The position numbers were made by a program, and so were the translations under genes. From contig JASANG010003338.1 of NCBI GenBank assembly GCA_030248215.1, forward strand, positions 186,001 through 250,000: a stretch of 64,000 nucleotides of DNA, in the 5' to 3' direction. Position 1 is the first letter of the stretch. Every line of letters starts with the position of its first letter. The notes under the pieces are model-generated. The model was not told where the DNA came from and ran no database searches. It saw only the letters and a program-made list of their open reading frames with translations. Shown here piece after piece: positions 14,022-26,400 of the stretch. The stretch comes from Enoplolaimus lenunculus (taxonomy: Eukaryota).

Positions 14022-14319
14022 AGTACATGTGCACAGCGCTGAACAGCAGCACGATGAACTGAAATTTGTTGCGTTGCAAACCTGACGATAGCGTCTACAT
14101 CACAATCAGCGAGCAATAGCATACAAATAATGTTTAAACCTTGTCATCATGGAGGTGCTGGAGGCAGTGCCGGCGGAAGCGCCCCTTAAACCCCCAATTG
14201 GTTGGGACGACCCTGAAGTGGCCCTCTGGGTAACGCGGTGTAGCTTGCGTATGTTCAGAGTGTGTAATGTTAAGACACATACATGCTCGTGCACATACAG
14301 CACCAGAGGAAATTATATC

Positions 14320-14398
14320 GGCCGCGTGGTGTAATGGGTAGCGCGCTTCTGCTTGACTCGCGAGCGAGAGGTCCGAGGTTCGATTCCCGGCATGGCCA
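14320..14398 (+). pseudogene. tRNA-like (SINE head/pseudo-tRNA) sequence
   Basis: ggccgcg tggtgtaatgg...ggttcgattcccgg catggcca: acceptor-stem-like ends, A-box TGGTGTAATGG and B-box GGTTCGATTCC. The anticodon arm is lengthened and does not pair, so it is not a canonical tRNA. Confidence 0.65.
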
Positions 14399-17300
14399 TA
14401 TCTTTCGGAGAAATAAAGAGGAAAAACCAATTATATACATTCGCAGTACTTCGGAGAAATGGGTCGTCCCGACCATGCAGTTTTGAAAGGCCCTACTTTG
14501 GCTAGCTAAAATTTTTTTTCGCTCTCCAGGAAGTTATAGAGTTATAAAACATTTTATTGTGGTTCCCCTCGGGCCTGTTAGGGGGTCCGACTATCTTAAC
14601 GCCGGTCCTGGCTGGAGGCACAAAATATTGAAGCCGGGAAGAGATAAAAGAAAATATTATTAAGTTCAATTTGCGACTTATTTTAAGCTTTTTTTGACAC
14701 AAGTTCGAATAGCCAAATCTCCAATAGTACAATGCTGGAATTTGCCATAGATGAAAGTTTAGCAATGGACCATAGTTCAAAGTGTCAACAAGTGTGCAGT
14801 CGAAGTTTAGAAATACGAAGTCATTATTATGCATGCCAGTAAAACAGCTCACCTTATCAGGAGAGCAAAACAATTTTCAGGGTTTTTCGTGAGTTGAAAG
14901 CAAAATTTAGAAATTTCTGGAGGGCAACATTTTTTAGTGTGGGACTAAGCCGTCCGTTTGTCCCCATGGTTAGGCACATTATGCAGACTCTGGGCAACAT
15001 AAAATAACCAATGATTTTGATGGCATTAAACGACAATCTATGCAAATTTATCGACAGCCTTCCGTTTACGGAACCTTCGACAAAAATTCAACCAAATCCA
15101 AGCTCGTAACAGAATGTCAGACTTCCTAAATCCACGCTATTCGGTTGAAAAATATTTTTAATGATTTCATAAACCGTTTGTTACTAAATAAAAAGCAAAC
15201 TTTCGCTAAAATTGCTGAAGTATTTTAAAATTCTTCTTGTTCAGCATCAACATTTCAGGATGGCGATATCGGCAAAATGTAATAAACCACATTTAAATAG
15301 AAACAGATGCGATATTCACCGAAACGAAACGGTAAGCGATCACGCTAGCTGACCTAGATCAGAGTTTGATGTGGGTGAGGATATTATTGCCCGACCCGCG
15401 CTTTACCCACGCAAATCAAATTTTTCTACCAAAAACTTGCACGTACAAGTTCGGTCGCAAAACGGTTTTAAAGTTTTTGTAGCAGCAAACTATGCACTAA
15501 ACTCATGCTATTAAAGATAGTTGGCACGTGTGAACGCAGTTGCAAGTTGATTAAATTTGTTGCACCTGTATATTTTGTGTGGCCAATTGAAAACTGAGTT
15601 TTTGAATTAATTAAGCCTTTTTCAGTCTACCGAAGAAGCTTATTATTAATTCAATGATACTACACTGTGTATGGCGAATTACATTATTAAGCACTAACTA
15701 GAAATTATGTCGGTACGGAAGCGTTTTCAAGTCAAGGAATTTCGAGTAACGCGTTCTTTTCGCGTTAGTGCCTCTAGTTTTTTCAAAAATTTATTTGATG
15801 AACTTGCAGCTGCCATTTATTCATGGTAAGTATGCGCCTAGATATAATTCATTGGTATGAATAGCCTTGGTAGTCAAATTAATTCATCAGTCATTTCAGT
15901 CAAAAATACAACAAACAGTGGCTGACAGCAGTGAGATGCTAACACAAAATATTCACTGCTTCAAATTTTACAACTCAGTTGTTTTGTCTACAGAAGTAAT
16001 AAGCAAATCGTAATGTCTTAGGTACAGCGAAAGCGTTTTTTGCTGTTGGTATCAAAATAGCCGAAAGCAGGATTTCATTTCGGAAGACGATAAAATTTTT
16101 TGCTTTCAAAAGTTGTATAGTGCACTGGTTGAGGTATCAAAGCCTAGAAACAGCTTTTAAGGAAAACCTTTGAGTTTTATCGCAGAACCCAAACCCAACT
16201 GGGTTGTTTTCAACCGTTCAGAAGTAGGTACACGCCTATTTAGAGGAATTGCATGCTTCGTAAGCTGCATCCAGAATTTTTTTATATTCTACTACAACGG
16301 GTTTTCTAGTAAGTATAGATATATATCTGGAACACTGTTGACAATACTATTCCATTTGAACTAACCTAAAATTGTTTGGAGTACGCATACAAAAATTGTA
16401 CAATTATATATTTTATTGCTGTAAGCAGAAATTTATCACTGGGTCAGAAATAGTCTGTATATATACGAATTTTAGCCAATGTTACTTTTAGGGGCGTAAC
16501 AGTAAATTAAGCGTATTCTTGAGCCTAAGCCAAAGCCTAAGCGTTGCAAAAATGTGTTCCTAAAGCCTACACCTAAGCCTAAGCCTAAGCAAAACATCTA
16601 ATATAGAATCTAAACCCACTTTTTTATAATAAGCAAGATCATGATGCTGAGTCGAATGATGCTAATTTTGTTGTGATCAGACAACTGGCTCACGAGTTAT
16701 GCTCAAGAAAGTAATTTGGCGCTCAGACGACGTTTGGAATTGAGTCAGTATCCTTATTTGAATACGAATCTTAAACCATTGAATCGATAATAAAAATTTT
16801 AGTGCCTTTCGACTCAGCGTCTCAAGCTGCTTTGCATGGCATACATATTGTTTAAATTTTTAACATTTTTCTGTTAAAGTAAGCCGACCTTCTGGACGTT
16901 AAAAAATATAATTTTTCAAAATTTAATATTTAAAGTGTGAAATGATACGGAGAAATCATGAAAAGTTCATTTATTCTAAAAATTTGATAACTCAAACATT
17001 TTGGGCGAATGCGGGCGGGGAAGAATAACCAAAAAAGGAACACAATCCCTTTTAAGGATCAGTTTCGCAAGGCGGTATGGTGAGGTGCGTTACAAGTTGA
17101 TAACCAGTCCACAGCAATGGACACGGTTTATGTTTTCACGCTGGACACGGTTAAAACTCGTAACAAATTATTCTCGGAAGGGCACCTTAAAATAGGGGTT
17201 TTAAAATAATGTTTGTGCCATTTTAATATATATTTTATGTTTATATATAATATATAATATATAAAATATTATATAATAGTAATAATAATATATATTCTGT

Positions 17301-17480
17301 TCACATCAATGTGAAACGAATTTTTTGGCTAAATCAACGAACCTGCAAGAGCTCGAAAGGTGGGTAATATTACATCGAACCCTATGCGAAGCCAAATGAT
17401 CCAATCTGAACATCCAATTGATCGTTAATAGTTTTTAAAATATGTGCCATCGACATATTTATCAAGGCTTAAATTGTTGT

Positions 17481-20400
17481 TTAGACTGATAAATTAGCAA
17501 ATACAGGGTCATCGAAGAAGCGAGATTTTGGATCTGGCGCAAGAGAGCTCCAGTTCGTTAAGCTGCACATTGGTGGCAAAAACGTCAACGTTCTTTTATT
17601 CATGTATCGATAGTTATACCGCGACGTTATGCACAGGTTTGAAGGACGGTAAAATTCTTTGATCGCTTTGAGCAAGGGTTGATTTGAATTGAATGTTGTT
17701 TCAAACTTTTCTAAAAATACATAAAGTATATGCCCGCTCAATAAAAATTAACACGAACATTTGGTGATACGGTTCACAGTAGAATGGCGTTTGGCTTTTC
17801 GATCTCTTCGCTCGCGGCTTTTCCCACATTTGTATTTCGTGTCCGTCTTTAAAAACTTCTGGATCAGCCACTGTGATTGAAGCATCAACGTTTCTTTACA
17901 GAGAGCCTTTGCAGCTCTGATACAAACGTACCATGTGTCAAGTATAGGCGTACGCTAACTGGGAGACAGGTGACTAGTGGACTTTAAAGATTGGGAAGCC
18001 TAGGCTTTGGTCTTAGAAATGTGTGTATTAGGCTTCGGTGTAGCCTTAGATTTAGACTTATGCTTAGTACACAGGCCCCAGCGGTTTACATGGTCCACAA
18101 GGTAAATGTACTGTTAATATTTTGGAAGAAACATACACAAACTGTTTGACTTGTAAATGTGCTACTTCAATGATACAAAAGTAAAAAAAATATGTTGTGG
18201 TTTTACACTATAGTTTTAATGCCTACATTATATAATTAAAGTTGGAATACCCAAGATACGATTTTGGCTAGTTTTCAGTATTAACATTTGTCAGAATAAA
18301 ATTCTGATATAATCATTTACAGTTTACCATTGAGCAGCATAGCGTTGTGTGAGCCAACATCGGGTAATGCTAAAAATCGTGATGATCCAACGAAAGTTTC
18401 GTTGTGCCACACTGTAACAACCCAGACACCGGAATGTTTTTGCTGACTAATACCATATGCAGTCATGTTAGTCCACTGAGGACAAAACGGAACGATGTCC
18501 ACATAGCGGTTAGGATCGGCGTTGAATTGAAAGCTCACTGATATTAAAAATAATAAAATTTTGGCGGAAAATTTTGTTAAATTACATATTACTTTTACTG
18601 AAATGCCATTTTAGCACCGTAAACCTTATTCTCCAGATGCGTTTACTATACAGTTCGAGCGCCAAGCTCCTATGCCTCAACGGTGATGGTAAACGCTTTT
18701 TGCTTGAAATTATATTTCAGAGGAAACAGAAAATGTTTGTATGAGAACTATTCCCGTACATCCGTTCGTCATAAAACGTGTCACTGATTCGCTAACCGGC
18801 TACATAACGGAATTTTTCTTATCACTTCAAAGCCAAGTAAACTTAAGCCCGTATTCTCAACTGTAACTAGCACCTATTACCAATTGGTGATAGCTCCTGT
18901 AACTTTGGAACCATCGCATGGTGAGGTTCGACAGTTAGCACATTGTTTGCGGTTGATTTGCCCAACTTCTGTACCAATTTTGAGATATGCAACTTCAGAT
19001 GTTTGTCAGTTTGAAAACCTATCGCTAATTGATGATACGTGTTATACGCATTTAAAAATATGGCCCTAACCGCAGTCTAAGTCTAACTATTTGTACTAAA
19101 AAGATACTCTAGTGGGCATCATTCGTGCTGCTGTGTAACTTTAAGGAGGTCTGGTCATATGCGCTGCTTAAGCTGGCAAACCAGCAGAAATCATCATCAG
19201 GTATGATTGTTAACTTTCGCAGTGAACTTTTCTAACTTTGGCTTCCATTGCGTTTACCGGTGAGATTTGTGGCTTCGTGTGTCCAATTCGCAGTGTAGCG
19301 AAACTTTGGTCTTGGAGACTTGTTGTACGACCACCCGAGCCGCAACAACCACGTTTCAGAAAACGTCATAGCGCCAAAATCGTTGAATATTACTTCTTTG
19401 GCGTCAAGAGAAACACCGACCTGTAACAAATATTTTGAACCTTTAATCTTAAATCATTCCTTTTAGTGCTCAAGCTTCCACCGTCTGCATGATCAGGATT
19501 AAGACAATTCTGTTTTAATAGACAATTGTGCTCGATTTTGCAGTGAGACTCTACGTTTAGTTTGACTATTCTTCAAATACCCACTGGCCCCCCAACGATA
19601 ATCAAAACGAAAATTTTGTATTAAAGATAAAATTCTCGATCAGCAGCTGTACGAACTAACTGTGATTCATTTTTTGCCAACGTCAGCATATTTTTGTGTG
19701 TTATTTAAAAGTCGTAAAATTGAACGAAAGAAACCACATCAAGTTTAACCTGAGACAACCGTTTTCAACATTTCAAGTTGAAATTTTGTCAAACAAAACG
19801 GATAGTGCCGATATCGTTGCGTTTCAAACATATTTTTTCTAAATCTAGTGTCCATATTCTGAGATGTGTGCAGCACCTTTTACGAGTTCGTGAGAGGCAG
19901 TGTAACTTCTGAACATCATAGATATGAGTTTCAAAAGTATCAACGTGAGTGACACCAAGCTCACCCTCCTATAACCTGCGTTGTTAGGTTCACCGCTGAT
20001 ACAGTTCTAATGTTTCAGAACCTAAATTGTGATGGATACCACACACAGTTGAGAATACAGCAACAAAATCGCTTTTGTGCTAAACACTTACTTGAATGCC
20101 CGTTGAGTAGTTGCGAGTATATTCGTCGTCAGTGTTCAGTCGATTGTACCACAGACGTCTAAGTTGAGCTTGGAAAACAACTCGACTGCGGTTCACAAAC
20201 GATATATTGCAGCCCAGCACCAAGCCTGAAATAAGATAAAAGCGATTGCTAGCAATCTACGATTCACCCTTCAGTACTTGTTTACTATACAGTTTATGAC
20301 TGTATGCTTAAAATGATTTGGTTGTTAGTGTTTCATGTATTCTTAAGAACACTGCTAACAAGCATATACACAACAAATGTTAATTCTTCCGAAAGACACT

Positions 20401-23400
20401 CGGTGCTAAAAATGCTAGTGTTTAATTGTGAGGCGCAATGCTCTATTTCCAAAATACGTAAAAGCCGAGGGGTGACACTGACGATCTAGCACATTGTAGA
20501 ATTATCAAATGAGGTGGTTGAAGTTTAGGTCGATTAATCAACTTGAAAAAGATGGGCATCCGGAAAAGATCCCAAAATTTGTCGGTGCACCACTGAATTT
20601 TTTGAAACTCACTATGAAAACGATTATCATTAAACAGTGACCACACTTCTTCAACGTCAACAGATTCAGTGTCAAATCCAATCATTTCCGCTGATTTTAA
20701 AAGCACGTTAACCAGCGTGACGCTGCACAAAGTTCGAAGTAGGCTGAAACGGTATGCGCTGAATCGATGATGAGTATCGTATTGGCGGTGAAAAACGTTT
20801 TGCCTGAAAACAACTGTAGCCAGTACTGAACTGTTTTACCCTGAAAATTTCTGCAGCCAATAGCGATAGGTTTTGAACTGAATATGGCAGAACAACATGG
20901 GATAAAATGTCATGAATGAAGAAAACTTATTATGTCTTCCGTAACTGTAATTCCTGAAAAATTGAAAGAATCTTTTCTACTAAAAATAAATTTTAAATAA
21001 ACGTTTTAACTGTTTTCATTTAAAACATAATAGGACGAAGCCTATAAATGTTTGCAAATTTTGTAAAAACTTTACCAAACGAATAGTTGAGAAAATCCGC
21101 TCCTTGGCTCAGTATAAAACATGTGTCTGGCTTCTCATTCGCCCAAGCGGGGGAGGCGAGGGCTCAGTCCCCTTTGAAAAAGCTTGCTTGTAAGTCAACG
21201 AACATCCTTGTATGCCCCTACTAAAAAATTTTAGCCCCCCCCTGAACAACTTAGGCCAATGTATAGAACAGGCTGTAACAGTAGTGTAAACATATTCCAA
21301 AGCATGCGCCTAAAACTGAACACCAAGCCTAAACTGTAAGAATCACCTTATACCTATGTCTAGGCTGCAGCATATAAGCATAGGCAAGACATAGTGTAAA
21401 GCTTAAGCTTACTCTATTGCAGTCCCGCAGAACAACTTTCCGCCTTGATCTTCAGTTGATCCAAAATTATAAAAGGAAGGTTTCTTGTGTTACCAACAGA
21501 AAGTGTTCCTAGCACATGTAGCGCCTTTCCCTGCCGTGTAAATTTTTTAATTTTAAACACAAAACTAACCAAAAACTGTTCAAATTTTGGTATTCTAAAT
21601 GTTGCTTTCTTGTCACTATCATCTCCGCATAATTCACAGCACCCAAGTAAATGGTTGGGTCGAATTTTCGCGCAGTAAAAATTTCATTTTTGATGGAACG
21701 ATTTCTTGAAAATGTATCCCATGCTTCGTTTCTAAGCGCAACAGGACTGCATCCGCACCAGTCGACAGGTCCTTTTTTGAACTCACAAAGGCCGCATGTT
21801 TTCTCTAAAAAGTAATAATCATGTCGGCTGTGAATCACATGCCTAATGTTCTCATGTTTGTGTAGTACCTGAATATCACTAGTTGGTTATAGGTCTTGCA
21901 ACTTTCGAATCAGTGAATGGCCACGTTTGAAAATCAGCTAATTTTTTCTGACTTGATTTGCTCTACATCTGTATCTGTGCAAATTTTGTGATATTCAACT
22001 GCAGGAGATTGGCAGTTTGCAAACCAATCGACAAGTGATATTAGGGGCTATACGTATTTCAGAGTATGGGAAATAATTGAAGAAGTGAAAAATGTAACTG
22101 GACGTCCTGAAAATGAAAACTAAAAGCAAATGCTAAACTTTGTTTTAGAAAAATTTCTTTCTAGCTTAAAAGTAGCTATATATGTAAGCAGACATTCCTC
22201 ACTAGTATCCAATATTCATTTGCATTTTTATTCAGTATCTACCGTAAATTCAACCTGTGAACAGTGTTTCAATTCTTTATGGATCCGTCGTTGTGACACT
22301 GCAATTTAAGCACTTCAAGCGATAAGCGTCTTAGGGCAACCTACCTCGCTGCCACGATATATGTCTCAAATTTTTTGCTCCTTGCGTTGTGCAAAATCGT
22401 GAATTATGCAACGCGGTGGCAAAAAATCCTTCTGCAGGGCTAAATCCGTATTTGAAAAAGTCGAGCAAATCAATAATCAGCGGATCGTTTTCTGAAATTC
22501 AAAATAATTTTTTAAAAACTAAAGCCAATTCCCGCAGAACGGATGGAACATCAGCCTAAAACCAAACAAACACTCTCCAAGATTTACATTCACGTCTGAG
22601 AGCAGAAATAAGTAGTTCAATGAGTCTTGGGTAGAATATCGGGAATATTGATGGTTCATGAGTCGCTCGCCAGGCCATACTGTATTTTATTTAGCACGCT
22701 CTGGCTATTAACAGTATGCGACTCAGCTGTAGTGCGAATCGGTTTCATGTTGTAAGTGTACAAATTTTATTTCGGCTTTGTCAATTTTTATTTTCTTTAT
22801 AAATTTTCATCCTGTATAGTTGTTTTGTTAGTATAAATCATAACAATTTGAGAGAACTATAGCTTACCAAATAAAACGTTCGTCTTTGGCAATATAGTTA
22901 ATGAACCTTTAGGGTTGCGCTTTGTTGACATTCGGCGCCGACCGGCACTTCCCGTCATCCGCTCGGTACCGTCCAGCGTCGTCCGTCACCCGTACACCAC
23001 CAACCGTCACCGTGCGGTATCGTACGGAAATAACTCACGTACGATGCCGTGTATTGACGAACGGTGACGGACGGCGCTGTACGGGTGACGGACGGTAATA
23101 AACGGCGACGTACGGATGACGCGTGGTGACAAACGGTGCCGTACGGGCGACGCACGGCGACGGACGGTGCCGGTCTGCACCAGACGTCAAGTATAGCACA
23201 ACCCATACTATGTAAACGTGTAATAATAGGCTTATCAATTGTGGGCTCTATGACTAAAATATGAGATTATGAAAGTAACAGTTTTATACCTAATGCCAAA
23301 TACTGCATGAATTCTTTGGTTAATAAAAACCAGTCAGATCCTCCGTCTAAGACAATCTGTTCAGGGAGCTGTCGTCTGCCGACCATCCATAAATAACTGT

Positions 23401-26400
23401 CACATTCAACAAACGTTTTAAAGTATCCTGAAGAATAAAAGTTTAAAATTTAAATATTAAAACTCTACGACATTTGTTATGCGTAAATGACTTCGCGTAC
23501 TCATTATTGTCTGCCACAGTCAATATGGACACTGTTATGGCAATGAAGTGATTAATGATTTTTTACCCGCGCTCCGCTTTACCTGCGAAAATTTTGGTTT
23601 TTTACCTGCGGGTATACTCGTGCAAAATTCCTTTACCCACTAGCACCATTTACCCGCTCTTAGTTTTTGCTTTGCGTTAAATACAATTGTGAAAATTTTA
23701 CAGTGCATTGATGTTAGCCGCTCGATTCACGTTACAAAAACTCTTCATTACTAACTTTCAAGACAAACCTTTAAGTAGAAAAATGTAACACTTGATATAT
23801 TGCACATTACGTTTATCACCAGTATAACTAGGTTGCTTGCCGATGTGTGATCAGTGAACCAAAACATTGTTGTCTGTGCAAAATTTTAGGTGGGTGCATA
23901 TTAACTATTATTTTTGACCTGTTTGTAACGTGCAGGAGGTATTTGTCTTGTTTTCACATGACAAGCATGAGAAAATACCAATAACGCGTGTAAATTATTG
24001 TGTAGAATGCCGATATGTTTTGTTGAAAAATTCCTGTCAGATTATTATTTCAATCAGTTGTATCGTTAAATCAAAGCCGTACTTTTAATTTAGTTTAGAG
24101 CAAACCAAACCGTTAGTTTAGTTAATCTAGAAAGTTATTACTGCTGGATTAGCTTAATCTTAAACCAAGTTAGTTCACGCTTTAAGAGAGTACAATGGAA
24201 AAGTACTGGAAACAAAAATTTATTGGGAGGCCAAAAGCGCCTGGCCCATAAGAATTAGGACAGTGTAAATGGATCATTATTTACCACAAATACCCCAGAT
24301 ATTGTCATAAAGTGAAAACAATTGAAAATGTTAACTTACCGGAACCATGTAAAAATGCTTTTCCATTTTCAAAAACGTTTGTGCCCATCAAATTAGTTCC
24401 GTTGTAGTGCGTGAGCAATGCTTCAAGTTCTTCGATCGATAATAGTGGCATATCTGTTTCACTGCAATACAAACATTTGAACCTTGGTCCGTAGGCATAG
24501 GAGGGCAAATGTGGCTTAACTCCTACAGCAAAACTTTGATTCTTAATCAGTTATAGCCCCGCTTATACGTCATGAGAAATCACCGCATTCCCTTTTGAAA
24601 ATATTCGGGAGTCATTTTGCATGCTAAGCTGGCTACGGGGGGGGGGGGGGTAACGGCCCTGTATGAGACATTGAGACTTCCAGTTGTTCACATGTGTTGT
24701 TCAAAAACAACAAATTGAAATTAATGATTCATCCAGGAACTTTGAACAAAAAAGAAGTTTTGAACTATGGTGGTAGCAGCAAGTGGTCGAATTCTATTCC
24801 ACGCCTCAAATAATTTTTTAACGTTTTTTAATGTTTCGTATTAACAGTATTTTAAAAATGAACAGTTATTTTAATTAAGTGGCACGCGCGATCACTCACG
24901 GATCAAAGCGAAACTCACCCAGGCGTTGGCCGCCCACACCCAGCAGGAATCAAAATCAGTATCTGCCATTTTATGATTTAATGCTTAAATTGCGTTTAGC
25001 TTTTCGTTCGTTTCGCTCGCTGGTTTTGTCAGTAATATCAAGAGTGGATGATCACTCTTTATAACAAGAGTGCGTAACTGGGTACATTCTGTGTATTAAA
25101 GAACGTACCCGGAACGCGTTGCGTTTTTGGCCTACCCCCCTTGTTTAGGGGGTCTGTATGCAGTTTTATGTCGCAAACAACATAGTTGACCCCCTTAAAT
25201 GAGGGGGGTAGGTGTACTGAAGCATGCTTTATTGTTAATCTCTTGCTTAACCCCACCCCTGATTGAGGTTGGTAGGCCAAAAACGCAACGCGTGCTGGTA
25301 CATTCTTTAATACACAGAATGTACTTAGTTGCACACTCTTGTTATAAAGGGTGATCATCCACTCTTGGTAATATGTATTGTTCGCCACCGTCATAAACTC
25401 CGACAGTTATACACAAAATATCTACACAGTGGCAGTACCTGTAATTAAGGAAATAATCCCAATTCCAGTTAGTCGAATCTTGCACTTCTCGAACGGCGTT
25501 TAACAAAACGTGCACCTGATCAATGCTTCCCCATATTACACTTTCACTGTTGGTTGTGAGTAAAATATTCGCGTATCCTTTGGTTGCATCGGCTAATTTG
25601 GCATACAGGTATGTTTGTCTCTAAAATCTAAACTTATATTTAGCACAGTCTGGCTCGGTGCCAGCTCACCTTGCCAGTGCGCTGAACATTGATCGGGAGG
25701 AGCGTACAATGGTTTTCGTTTACTTACTAGCAAAGTTCAAAACTTTCTAAGGAGGCCAAAATTGTTTAAGTGGGGGCTTTTTCTTCACAATTTTCGAAAT
25801 TTGTCGGTTATGACGTATACTTCAGTTTAGGTTACCCGTAGAATAGCGCATAATTTTAGTTTCAATAACAGATGATACCATTGCTACGCTACGTATAATA
25901 GAACAAAATTATATTCGGAAAAAATGTTTGGTCTGATACATCCATGAGTCAAAAACTTGAGGAATTAAACAAAATTAAAATATACCTTATCGACGCGTAA
26001 ATAATAGTAATGCCGCGATCTGTACAATAGTCGCAGTAAACGTGTCACCTGAAACAGATTTCGGTAATTAATGTTTTCCTCTGGCCTGTCCCGTAGCCAG
26101 CTCACGTTTCTAAGCGGGGGACTAAAAAATTTTCAAGAAGGGCACACAAGGGTTCCCAATAATTTACGAACAAAGTTGAAAATTCCAGGTGGTCTAAAAA
26201 TTTTGGCACGGGCGGAGACCCCGGATCCCCTCAGGCTATAAGCTCACCTCTGGTCAAGATTAAATTAATTCACACTTGAAACGGGAGCTCCAAGCAGCAA
26301 ACAATGCATTACCTTGATTTCCGAACACTCAGCACTAATTTTAGTTTTAGTCATACATAATACGCTAGAGAACCATTATAAAGTAACCTCAATCAACCTT

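Noticed and set aside
14320..14398. Functional tRNA gene
   Set aside because: The anticodon stem-loop is not canonical and no anticodon can be assigned.
16500..16620. True telomere or chromosome end
   Set aside because: The TTAGGC units are short, degenerate and embedded in a dispersed repeat family.
22955..23238. Arg/Pro-rich ORFs (also 56705-57001)
   Set aside because: They are open only because of the GC-rich MITE interior.
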